This document shows positions 47,039-55,679 of a DNA stretch of 64,000 bases, piece after piece (position 1 is the stretch's first letter; every line of letters begins with the position of its first letter). The notes below the pieces were generated by a model. It ran no database searches. It had not been told where the DNA came from and saw only the letters and a list, made by a program, of their open reading frames with translations. Origin of the DNA: Bacillota bacterium. Its GTDB lineage: Bacteria > Bacillota > Sulfobacillia > Sulfobacillales > Sulfobacillaceae. The DNA lies in the NCBI GenBank assembly GCA_023511625.1, contig JAIMBD010000008.1, forward strand, positions 12,969 through 76,968. Direction: 5' to 3'. Both the position numbers and the translations under genes were made by a program.

Positions 47039-48163
47039 ATGCCCTTCCCCAAAGTCCTTGCGCTTTTGGCTGCCGCTGCGGCGGCCACCCTCGGCGTGAG
47101 CGCCGTGCCCCCGGCGGCTCCGGCCAAGCCCGCCGAGCCCCCCTTTCAGCACATCTACGTGATTATGATGGAGAACACGGGAACGGCCGAGGTGTTGAAC
47201 AATCCCGCCCTACCTTACATCAACCAGCTCATCAAGACCTACGGGTACGCCGATCACTACTACGGCGTGACCCACGAGAGCCTCGCCAACTACGTGGCCT
47301 TCCTCACCGGCAACAACTGGGGCACCAACAGCGACGATCCCACCCAGCAGTTTGACCACACCAACCTGGTCGACCAGCTTGAGGCGCACCACCTCTCCTG
47401 GAAAGGGTACATGGAAAGCATGCCGTCGGTGGGGTTTACGGGCTACTGGTATCCGGACAACGAACCGCCGGGGACCTCGCCTTCAGTCACGCCGCCGAAC
47501 GCCTTGTACGCGCTCAAGCACAACCCCTTTACCCTGATGACCGACATCGTCGACAACCCCACGCGGCTCGACCACGTAGTGCCGTTCTCCGAATTAGCCA
47601 GGGATCTTGAGAATAACCAGGTGCCGAATTTCGTGTGGATCACCCCGAATGTGATCGACGACATGCACGGCCAGCCGCCGGGACCGGGTGCCACCGTCAC
47701 CTACAACAATCCGGTGGGACTCTATGCAGCCGGGGACCACTTCGTCCAAAACACGGTGCAGATGATCATGCAGTCGAAGAGCTGGAAGACCACGAAGTCG
47801 GTCATCTTCATCACCTGGGACGAGGCCACCTACCCGAGCAGCAACCCTTCCCCGAGTGCGCTCAAGACTTTCACGGCTCCGGGGCCCGACGCTCCGGTGG
47901 TGCCGGCGGGAACCGTCGACGGGTACGCGTGGCCTGGCGGTCCTTACGGTGGCGGGCAGGTCCCCCTCATCATCATCGACAACGCCGATCCCCACCACTT
48001 CGTGATCTCCACCTGGTCCGACCACTATTCCTTGCTGAGAACCATCGAGCAGAACTGGCACCTTGGCTTTTTGGGCATGGCCTCCGACGCCAATCAAGTG
48101 AAGACCTTGCCTATTCCGGGCGAGCCTGGCATTTCTTCGACCCCATCCCCAGCCGTCCGGTAA
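47039..48163 (+). CDS. Secreted phosphoesterase-family protein (acid phosphatase/phospholipase C-like)
   Basis: GAAGGAGG SD plus ATG 47039. Signal peptide, then FQHIYVIMMENTG, SLANYVAFLTGN, KHNPF, VPNFVWITPNVIDDMHG and FITWDE. Confidence 0.8.
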   Translation: MPFPKVLALLAAAAAATLGVSAVPPAAPAKPAEPPFQHIYVIMMENTGTAEVLNNPALPYINQLIKTYGYADHYYGVTHESLANYVAFLTGNNWGTNSDDPTQQFDHTNLVDQLEAHHLSWKGYMESMPSVGFTGYWYPDNEPPGTSPSVTPPNALYALKHNPFTLMTDIVDNPTRLDHVVPFSELARDLENNQVPNFVWITPNVIDDMHGQPPGPGATVTYNNPVGLYAAGDHFVQNTVQMIMQSKSWKTTKSVIFITWDEATYPSSNPSPSALKTFTAPGPDAPVVPAGTVDGYAWPGGPYGGGQVPLIIIDNADPHHFVISTWSDHYSLLRTIEQNWHLGFLGMASDANQVKTLPIPGEPGISSTPSPAVR

Positions 48164-48185
48164 GGTCTCCGGGTCCCCGTCCAAT

Positions 48186-48227
48186 CAGGGCCGCTCTCGT
48201 TCGCAGGGAGCGGCCCTGTTTGGTTTT
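48186..48227 (+). terminator. Rho-independent terminator after the phosphoesterase gene
   Basis: cagggccgctc / 11-nt loop / gagcggccctg forms an 11-bp stem, followed by tttggtttt. Confidence 0.7.
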
Positions 48228-48292
48228 GGGCTTGACGGTCGGGCCCCCCGAGGGGCTGCGGAGACCGTCGCGGGGGTTCGACCCAGGGGGCG

Positions 48293-48298
48293 TATAAT
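48293..48298 (+). promoter_or_regulatory. Candidate -10 box (TATAAT) upstream of the ybjQ-like gene
   Basis: A perfect hexamer about 118 nt upstream of the ATG at 48416. No good -35 element at 17 bp. Confidence 0.3.
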
Positions 48299-48415
48299 CG
48301 ATATGATGGGGGGGTTATCATCGGCCGGGGATGGCGGGCAGGGCGATCTGGCGGGGGGTGCAGGGGCCGTTCGCCGCTTTGCGCCCACACGGCACGGAGG
48401 ACAGGAGGGATTGGG

Positions 48416-48784
48416 GTGGCGGACGCGGAGCAGATTGTGGTGGTCTCGACCCCGTTTGTGCCCGGTTATCGGATCGTGAAGGTGTTGGGCATGGTCTGGG
48501 GCACTGTGGTGCGCAGCCGGGGCATCGGCTACCAGGTGGTGGCAGGGTTGCGCTCCCTCGCAGGGGGAGAGATCAACGAGTTTACTGACATGTTGAACAA
48601 CGCGCGCCAGCACGCCGTCGAGCGCATGCGGGCCGAGGCCGCCTCGCTTGGCGCCAACGCCGTCATCGCGGCGGCGTTTGATTCCTCCGAGTTAGGGCAA
48701 AGCCTCTCCGAGGTCTTGGCCTACGGGACGGCAGTCGTGATCGAGCCCGAAGGGGGTTCAAGCCAACCGGTCTACCTCACCTAA
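48416..48784 (+). CDS. YbjQ/UPF0145-family protein
   Basis: VPGYRIVKVLGMVWG..VRSR......G.....GGEI..F...L...R..A..RM...A...GANAVI. Confidence 0.85.
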   Translation: MADAEQIVVVSTPFVPGYRIVKVLGMVWGTVVRSRGIGYQVVAGLRSLAGGEINEFTDMLNNARQHAVERMRAEAASLGANAVIAAAFDSSELGQSLSEVLAYGTAVVIEPEGGSSQPVYLT

Positions 48785-48890
48785 GGCCGGGTGGCCACCA
48801 GGGCGGAACCTTCAGGGCCGAGATGATTGGGGAATACTGGTAAATTGGGGCGCGGCCACAAGGGTCGGCGGGAAGGAGGGAGCTTCGGGC

Positions 48891-49211
48891 GTGGGGGTCG
48901 GATTGGGGGACCTCGGACGGCAGATCGCGGCGGCGGTGGGCCTGGTGGCGTTGGCGGGGATCTGGGTCGGCCTTCGGCTGATGGCCCAGCGGTGGATGCG
49001 GTCTGACATCCTGGACAAGCCCATCCGACGGCCATATCCCAAGCGACGACCGGTACGACCGACTCCCCGTCGGCGGCGCGGGAAGGTGCGTCGCTGGTGG
49101 GCGTGGGGATGGCGGCGATGGTGGGGCGGTTGGCACCGGCGGCCCGGCCGCCAGGCCGGACGGGTGGTGGCGTTTGTGCCCCGAAAACCGGTGCGGCGGC
49201 GGTGGCGGTGA
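48891..49211 (+). CDS. Hypothetical single-TM protein with an extremely Arg/Trp-rich tail
   Basis: GGAGGGAG SD 8 nt before GTG 48891. TM segment AAAVGLVALAGIWVGL, then a tail ...RRRRGKVRRWWAWGWRRWWGGWHRRPGRQ.... It exactly fills the gap between flanking genes. Confidence 0.35.
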   Translation: MGVGLGDLGRQIAAAVGLVALAGIWVGLRLMAQRWMRSDILDKPIRRPYPKRRPVRPTPRRRRGKVRRWWAWGWRRWWGGWHRRPGRQAGRVVAFVPRKPVRRRWR

Positions 49212-49276
49212 CCCACGGGCCGTTTAGCGACCCGAAGGTGGTGGCGCCCGGCGCGTTTTTGAGAAGGAGGGCGGGG

Positions 49277-49735
49277 GTGGAGGTTGTCCTGCCGGGGGAA
49301 GGCCGGCGACTGCAGTTGGAACACGCGGTATTTGACTTAAACGGCACCTTGACGCGGGACGGAGAACTGTTGCCGGAGGTGCCGGAGTTGATGGAGGCGG
49401 TGCGCCACCACTATCGCTGCTGGATCCTCACTGCCGACACCTTCGGCCGCGCTCGGTACTGGTCCGATCGCCTCGGGGTTCCGGTGGAGGTGGTGCAGGA
49501 CGGGCGGGAGAAGGCGGAATGGGTGCGAAAGCTTTCGGGCGGTGTGGCAGCCGTGGGCAACGGGCGCAACGACGTGGCCATGTTTGCGGCGGCCACCTTA
49601 GCCGTGGCGGTGTTAAGCCCCGAGGGGACGGCTGCCGAGGCTTTACGCGCGGCCGACATCGTGGTGCCCACCATCCAAGAAGCGCTGCGCCTGCTCGTCT
49701 ACCCCGAGCGCCTCATCGCGACCTTGCGGGAGTAG
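49277..49735 (+). CDS. HAD-superfamily hydrolase (soluble P-type-ATPase-like, COG4087 type)
   Basis: GAAGGAGG SD plus GTG 49277. AVFDLNGTLT (DxxGT-like) and VGNGRNDVAM. Confidence 0.7.
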   Translation: MEVVLPGEGRRLQLEHAVFDLNGTLTRDGELLPEVPELMEAVRHHYRCWILTADTFGRARYWSDRLGVPVEVVQDGREKAEWVRKLSGGVAAVGNGRNDVAMFAAATLAVAVLSPEGTAAEALRAADIVVPTIQEALRLLVYPERLIATLRE

Positions 49736-50169
49736 GGGAGCCCGCCGGAGGTCGCAGCGGCTGGCGCGGTGAGGAAGGATGGCCCAAGACGGGGCCGACA
49801 GGGGGCCTTGCCTTCCAGGGCGCAAACGCCCCCCGCATCCTGATCCGGAGCTGAGGGGGAGGGCCCTTTCCCCATGAGCCCTGGGATCTACCTGCCACGG
49901 AACGCCTCGAGAACCCCCAGAGAGGGCTTTTCCGGCGACTCTTTGGCCTGCGGCCGCCATGAAGATGCGGCGCTCGGCTCCGAGGGGAAGGCGGGGATTT
50001 TCGGACATGCGGTGCCGGCGACAGCGCCCGTCAGCACCGGCATAAGGCCAATCGGGAACGGTCGACCCGTTGCCTTCTCCCAGCACGGCGTGGTCGAGAC
50101 CGGGTCCCATCCCCACTGCCTGCCGGGGATGGGCGAGACGCCGGGTGCCGGTGGGGACCTCAGGGAGGG

Positions 50170-51291
50170 TTGCAGGTGAAAGTCCGGTGCTTTCTCCTGG
50201 GAGCTGGGGCATCTTATGGGTACGACGACGCGCTGCCTTGGGAGGAGCGGCCTCCCTTGACGGACCAGGTGTTCACTGCGGCCGCGCAAAGGAGGGTGTT
50301 GGAGAAGCAGGAGTTCGAGGACCTCCGCCGGTTTTTCTATTTCGTCGAGCAGGGGAGGCCGGTGCTGGAGGCGGTTGAGGTCATGGGGGAGGGCGATGAG
50401 CGACCGGTGGTTTCGCCGGAATGGGTGCCCCAACGGCCGTGTCACGTCGAATCGGTCTTAGGCGCCTTAGACGAGGTGGTGCATGCCGTGGTCGGGGTCT
50501 CCGACTCGATGGGGACCAGAGTTGCTGCCAGAGCGTAAAAGTTGTTAAGTTTAATGCTCTACCTCCTTTATGAACTCTTGCGGTCCTATCTTCCCGCATC
50601 CATTGCGGCCACCAACAACTACAGAAAGATGGCCGAGCTGCGGAAGCGCGCTCCCTTCTGGGTCATTACCCTCAATTACGACCTTCTGCTGGAGCAAGCG
50701 TTTGAAGACGCCGGAATCCCCGTATCGATGTGGCCCTGTCCTTCGCCCAACGGCCTGCGGTTGGTCAAACCGCATGGGTCTATCGGATGGTGGAACAGCT
50801 GGAAGGGAGCCTACGGCTTTGCCCGTCCGGTCCCGTTCCCAGAGCGGGTGCGGTTTGTCTACGGCAACCAGGCCGACATGGAACCGCTGCGGTTTTTGTC
50901 GCTGGACGACGTGAGGACCCTTTCGTTTCGGACCTTTGCCGAGGATAATGACAACTTCTATGCTCCCGTGGTGGTGCCTCCGGTCGGCCCCTCGAAACGG
51001 GAAAATGTGCGCTTTCTAAAACGCCTTTGGGACCGTCTCCCGCGTCTGATCGCGCAGGTTTCTGAGCTGATGGTGGTCGGCTGTTCCATTCGCGCCGAAG
51101 ACTCTAAGTTGCGTGACCTTTTGCAGCGACTGCCCCGGCATGTGCGCGTGGTGGTGGCGGACCCGAATCCAGATCCGGTGATGCAAGGTTTGTGGACTGC
51201 GGCGCGCCACCTTCGCCGCCAAAACGTCCGCACGGTGGGCAGTTTTTCCGCCCTGATGGAGGAGTTGCTGGGTGAACACGCGAGGACCTAG
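50170..51291 (+). pseudogene. SIR2-like (SIR2_2 family) protein interrupted by an in-frame TAA at 50536-50538
   Basis: ORFs 50170-50538 and 50542-51291 share one frame. Motifs FLLGAGASYGY, ITLNYDLLLEQAF, LVKPHGSIGW and LMVVGCSIRAEDSKLRDLL. Confidence 0.75.
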
Positions 51292-51723
51292 GACAGTGGA
51301 AGCGACCTGGGGACGGCCGGCGCCGGCCGAGGGGGCTTGTGAGTCGCCTGACCGGTTCGACGGCCCCGATACGGGGGAAATGGCAACGTCGACGCAACCG
51401 ACCATCGAAATCGCGTGGCCTAGGACGGAGACGAGGAAGAAGGCGCTTACCGTCGCCGGCGATAAGGCTTCGATCCAGGATCCGTTACCCTCTCCTTGCG
51501 AGGATGCTCTCCTATCTTCCTGTTCCTTCGGCCTTGCTACCTCCCTCTGGCCGTCGGTTTGGGGAGGGGTTCACGCCGGGGCCTGGAGGTGGGGGTGAGG
51601 CGTCGGCAGTGGGGGCCGTAATCTGGGCATGCAGGCGGGAACTGTGCGAAAAGGATGTTCCGGGAAGGACAGTGCTCCGTACCCCCGCTCTGCGACCGAA
51701 TCCTGCATAAACCCTAGTTTTGT

Positions 51724-53691
51724 CTACCGGAGCGCCTTTAGCGTCCCCAACAGCCGTTCGAGGTGGTCGATGCGGTCTCGGAGGTGGCGCACTTGCCCCG
51801 CGCTACGGATCCGCGGACGAGGCGGCAGGACGGTGGCACGACCAGGTTTCGGCTCGGTCGCGAATGCCAGAGCCTCCTGCCGCTGATCGGTCGGAAGCGG
51901 CGCGAAGGGCCCGCCCACCTTGCGAAACGGCATGTAAGCGACTGGCGTCCAAGGGCGCCGGGGGAGGCGGGGAAAGTCTCGGGGGGCAAGGCGTTCGCGG
52001 CCGGTGAGATCCAAGGGCGTCCAGTCCGGAGCAGAGGCGATCACGGGCACCATGGCGTTGCCGTCGGGGGAAATTTCTACCGTGACTTCCTCCGGATTGC
52101 CGACCCATTCCTTTAGGCTCTCCCGATGGCTGTGTCGAATGCCGATGACGAGGCCTTGTCCGTGGTCCGCGTAGGACGACCCGAAGCGGTTGTTTCGAAA
52201 GGCCATGGCGGCGCCGACACGGAGGTAGGGGAAGGGTTCGACCACCCATGGCACACGTTCCCCGTTAGCAGTGCGAAACTCCAGCCGCTGGTCAGACCAG
52301 ATCGGGGTGATGGTCTCCACGGGGCGGAATACTTTGAGGTAGCCGGCGGGGACCCACTCTTCCCCTTGGCGGAGGAACAACGGGATGATCCCCGGCGTCT
52401 GGTCAAACCGGAAGGTTGCAGCCGGAGCTCCGTCTGCATCTTGGTTGAAGGCCCGGACCCACACCGTGCGCTGTTGGCTTGGGTATTCGACCCAGGCGAG
52501 ATCTTGCTCCAATCCGCTGTGCACCTGGGCGTCGAGCACCCGCGTCAGACCGCGCGCGCAGAGGTAGGGGATTTCCTCCGCAGGAAGGGCGCGCACGGAC
52601 CTTTGGAAGGCCTCTTCCACCAGGTCCAAAAACCCTGGACTGAGCGAGGCTCCTCCGGAAACGATGACGTGGTCCGGTAACGCCCCGAGCGCGCGCCGCC
52701 CGTCCGCAAGGCAGGCGGCGAATACCTCCCGGGTTATGGCGGCCAGTTCCTCCCAGCGCAAGGAAACCGGCGGCTCTCCGTCCAGGGAAAACCGGGTTGC
52801 GTGACCGGGACCCATCCGGGACAGGTTGACCTTCTCCCGTTCCAAACGCAGTCGTGCCCATTCCGCCGGGGTTTTTCCCGCATCGTCCCGGAATCGCTCC
52901 CAAAGACGCACATCGATGTCACTGCCTCCGATGGCGTCAGATCGGGTGTCCAGCAGGTGAAACGCGAACCGCGAGCCTGATTGCCGGACCACGTCGACTA
53001 CTGCCCAGTCCGTGGTGCCGCCGCCGGCATCGATGACGCAATAGCGACCGGGAGTCGGCTCAGAGTCAGGGTCTTCCAAAAGGGCTGCCAATAAGACGGC
53101 ATACGGCTCAGCTACCGTGCGGACGTTATTATCCGTGAAGGGCCAACCGGCCTGTGTGGCCAACGTCTTGAGGGTGTAGCCGTAGGCGTAGGACTGCGCC
53201 GGTACTCCGAGAACGTACTGGTAATCTTGCGACAACGGGCCGTGGAGGTAGGCTTCGACGGTCTCGCGCAGGCGGCGCAGGATGGCCTTGGCGGCTGCTT
53301 CCGCGAGTTCCAAACTCTCGCGGAGTAGCTCGGGGTCCCGGAAATGGATCTGGTGTTCGATCGCCCACATTCCGCCGAGGTGACGTACCTCGTTGATCTC
53401 CTCTTGCGGGCGGAACTTGGCCGTCAAGAGGCTCTCTTGCGGCATCCACCGGAGGGAGGCAGAACTTTGGCGGTGGGCGAAGACGATGCGCTTGGGGTTG
53501 AGGAGGAGGGTGCCGGGTTCGGGCGGATAGTCTGCCTCGAGGGCCAGAACTTCTCCGGACAAAGTGGCCAGTGCTCGCGAGGGGAGGGGTGCGAACCCAG
53601 GAAGGCTGACGATGACCCCGGAGGGCTCGCGAAGGGCGCAAGCCGTGAAGGTGGTGCCGAAGTCGATGCCGATGACGCGCGGGGAATTCAT
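51724..53691 (-). CDS. Hsp70/actin-fold ATPase with a non-canonical C-terminal beta-rich domain
   Basis: GAGGAGG SD plus ATG 53691 (ATGA overlap with the upstream stop). Motifs VIGIDFGTTFTA, VIDAGGGTTDWAVV and VIVSGGASLSPGF. The tracked ORF's 164 upstream codons are R/P/G-rich and overlap the upstream gene. Confidence 0.85.
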   Translation of the reverse strand: MNSPRVIGIDFGTTFTACALREPSGVIVSLPGFAPLPSRALATLSGEVLALEADYPPEPGTLLLNPKRIVFAHRQSSASLRWMPQESLLTAKFRPQEEINEVRHLGGMWAIEHQIHFRDPELLRESLELAEAAAKAILRRLRETVEAYLHGPLSQDYQYVLGVPAQSYAYGYTLKTLATQAGWPFTDNNVRTVAEPYAVLLAALLEDPDSEPTPGRYCVIDAGGGTTDWAVVDVVRQSGSRFAFHLLDTRSDAIGGSDIDVRLWERFRDDAGKTPAEWARLRLEREKVNLSRMGPGHATRFSLDGEPPVSLRWEELAAITREVFAACLADGRRALGALPDHVIVSGGASLSPGFLDLVEEAFQRSVRALPAEEIPYLCARGLTRVLDAQVHSGLEQDLAWVEYPSQQRTVWVRAFNQDADGAPAATFRFDQTPGIIPLFLRQGEEWVPAGYLKVFRPVETITPIWSDQRLEFRTANGERVPWVVEPFPYLRVGAAMAFRNNRFGSSYADHGQGLVIGIRHSHRESLKEWVGNPEEVTVEISPDGNAMVPVIASAPDWTPLDLTGRERLAPRDFPRLPRRPWTPVAYMPFRKVGGPFAPLPTDQRQEALAFATEPKPGRATVLPPRPRIRSAGQVRHLRDRIDHLERLLGTLKALR

Positions 53692-55679
53692 GGCGCGACC
53701 TCCTCTTCTCGCGAATACGGTTCCACCCAGGACAAAAGCAGCACCTGCCCGCTCCGGGTGAGGCCGGGGGAACGGGGACACACCCAGCGGGGGGGATCCG
53801 GCTGGGGGCCGAGGAGGCGGTGGCGGGTGGGGTCGTAGGGGACCGGGTCGCTGGTGAGCGAGACCCAGGTGACTCCAAGCGGTCGAAGTGCCTCCTCCAG
53901 GGCGGGAAGGTAGGGACCGAGCCCCAAGTCGAAGCACTTTTCGGTTGGGGAGAGAAGTTCCGATAGCACCCGGTCCTCTCGACGCGCCGCCTGTTCCACC
54001 GCGACGGAGAGGGTGACGATATCCGACACCACTGAGGGCTGTCCGTCGGCTGGATTCGGCGAGGTGGGCGAAGCGGTGGCGACAGGGTGACCGTGGCGGA
54101 GGGCGAGGATTTCGCCCACGAGGTCGTGGACGGCCGGGAACTGCCCCCTCAATGCCTCCAGTGCGTCGGCGACCGCCTCCCAAGCGGCGGAAAACCGCTC
54201 CTCGCGCTTTTGCAGAGTTTCGGCCAAGTGGTCGCGCACCCGCTGCAACAGATCCTCGGGGAGTCCCTCTTCGGCCGCAGGGTCGCGGCGCAAGGCGGCT
54301 ACGACCACGGCTGCCTCAAGGTCTCGGAGGCGTCGCTGCCCTTCGCCGACTCCGGCGAGGAGAGAGAAAAGCGGGGGAAGACGGTCGTAGGGCAAGGTTC
54401 CATGGTCCGCGAGATGGTCGTATAGGGCAGTAAGCCCGTCGAACGGCTCGGGTTCGAAGAGGGACGCCACGGGTACGGGGCCTTCGCCCGCCGCAAGGAA
54501 CGCGCGCAGCCAGGCCGCTTTCAGGCCGGGGAGGGGCTCGGTCCAGCCGACGGCGGGAACTTCTCCGGCGGCCTCTTGGGGATGCCGAATCCACCACCCG
54601 ACCCACCGCGAGACAAAGGCCTGTCGAGCTTGGGCATCGGTCCGGGCAGCGCGCGCCCAGAGCGTGCGGACCGAAGGAGGAAAGGCGTCCAACGGGAGTC
54701 CGTGCCAAGTGGCGATGTGCTGGCGGAAGGGACTGTTCGCACCGCGGAGCGCCACGTCCGCCTCCAGGCGGGCACGAAACCAGGCCGGCCAGGTAAAGCT
54801 AGGGGGGGCCAGCGCCAAAGCGGCGGATGCGAGCGGGTCGGTCGCCGTCGCGGCCTGCTCCAAGGTGGCCACGACGGCGCGGGTCCAGCGGTCCCGTTCT
54901 TCGTCCGTGACCGAGATCGTACCGGCTTCGAAGAGGGAGGGCAGCGCGCGGCGCCCGCGAGCGGTGCGCAGGAGGGCGTGAAAGGCTCGGTCGCGCACGT
55001 CGGGATCGGCCACGGCAAAGAAGCGGCGGATAAGGTCGGTGGAGGCGACCACGAGGGGCTTCCAATTGGGGGAGCTCGGGGGCTCGGGGCGACTGAGCAG
55101 CGAAAGCCATGGGCCAGACCCCAGCGGGCGCGGAGACCTGGCGGCGTCGTCGTGGCTCAGCCGCACCTTGTGCCACAGGGTCAACTGCACCGCAGCAGGG
55201 AGGGTCGACCACTCGGCAGCGGCGTCTTCGGGAATAGCGGATCCGGGCGTGCGGATCCAGGACCACAACGGGGAGGGGTCGCCTTTCTGGCGCCGCTCCA
55301 GTTCTTGGGCGACAACGTCGGCCACCGCAGCGTGCGACGAGGTATAGGCCTGCCACAAAAGCCAGCGCGGCCAGGCCGAAAGCCGTTCCAACAGCCAACG
55401 CCACCCCTCCTCCCAATCGGGGAAGGTCTGCGCCGGGACGATAATCCCTTTGGCCAAGGCGGCGGCCATACCCGCTAGGGAGCCTTCGTGGGGCAACCGC
55501 AAAAGGCGGGCCACCGCCTCTTCGCTCGCGCCATCTTGGCCAGGTTCTGACATCCAGGCCTCGGTGTGCGCGCGCAGGACTCGGAGATACTGGGGCCGCG
55601 CCTCAGCGGGCCGCAGCCGTTGCTTGCGCGCCCATGCTTGAGGAGAGAGTCGAGCTACGCTCCACAGGGCGTCAAACAT
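53688..55679 (-). CDS. Large helical (Trp/Ala/Leu-rich) protein with a C-terminal coiled coil and a GrpE-like beta domain
   Basis: The last ~75 aa, LPALEEALRPLGVTWVSLTSDPVPYDPTRHRLLG....WVCPRSPGLTRSGQVLLLSWVEPY, follow the GrpE C-terminal pattern (L..L...GV..i...g..fDP..H.a.......V....GY...g.vlR.a.V.V). They are preceded by long helices. Confidence 0.75.
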   Translation of the reverse strand: MFDALWSVARLSPQAWARKQRLRPAEARPQYLRVLRAHTEAWMSEPGQDGASEEAVARLLRLPHEGSLAGMAAALAKGIIVPAQTFPDWEEGWRWLLERLSAWPRWLLWQAYTSSHAAVADVVAQELERRQKGDPSPLWSWIRTPGSAIPEDAAAEWSTLPAAVQLTLWHKVRLSHDDAARSPRPLGSGPWLSLLSRPEPPSSPNWKPLVVASTDLIRRFFAVADPDVRDRAFHALLRTARGRRALPSLFEAGTISVTDEERDRWTRAVVATLEQAATATDPLASAALALAPPSFTWPAWFRARLEADVALRGANSPFRQHIATWHGLPLDAFPPSVRTLWARAARTDAQARQAFVSRWVGWWIRHPQEAAGEVPAVGWTEPLPGLKAAWLRAFLAAGEGPVPVASLFEPEPFDGLTALYDHLADHGTLPYDRLPPLFSLLAGVGEGQRRLRDLEAAVVVAALRRDPAAEEGLPEDLLQRVRDHLAETLQKREERFSAAWEAVADALEALRGQFPAVHDLVGEILALRHGHPVATASPTSPNPADGQPSVVSDIVTLSVAVEQAARREDRVLSELLSPTEKCFDLGLGPYLPALEEALRPLGVTWVSLTSDPVPYDPTRHRLLGPQPDPPRWVCPRSPGLTRSGQVLLLSWVEPYSREEEVAP

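Noticed and set aside
48268-48290. The ggttcgacc motif resembles a tRNA T-arm.
   Set aside because: No acceptor stem, anticodon arm or D-arm can be folded around it. It lies in a promoter-like intergenic region.
49545-49565. Partial match (gtggcagccgtgggcaacggg) to the 30-bp duplicated core, considered as a third att-like site at the left edge of the island.
   Set aside because: The match is only about 14 of 17 nt and lies inside the HAD gene, where it encodes the conserved AAVGNG motif. It is most likely coincidence.
51272-51723. 108-aa plus-strand ORF (51272-51598) and others in the gap between the convergent SIR2-like and Hsp70-like genes.
   Set aside because: No SD, no motif, and overlapping alternatives. 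No convincing terminator hairpin could be identified here either.
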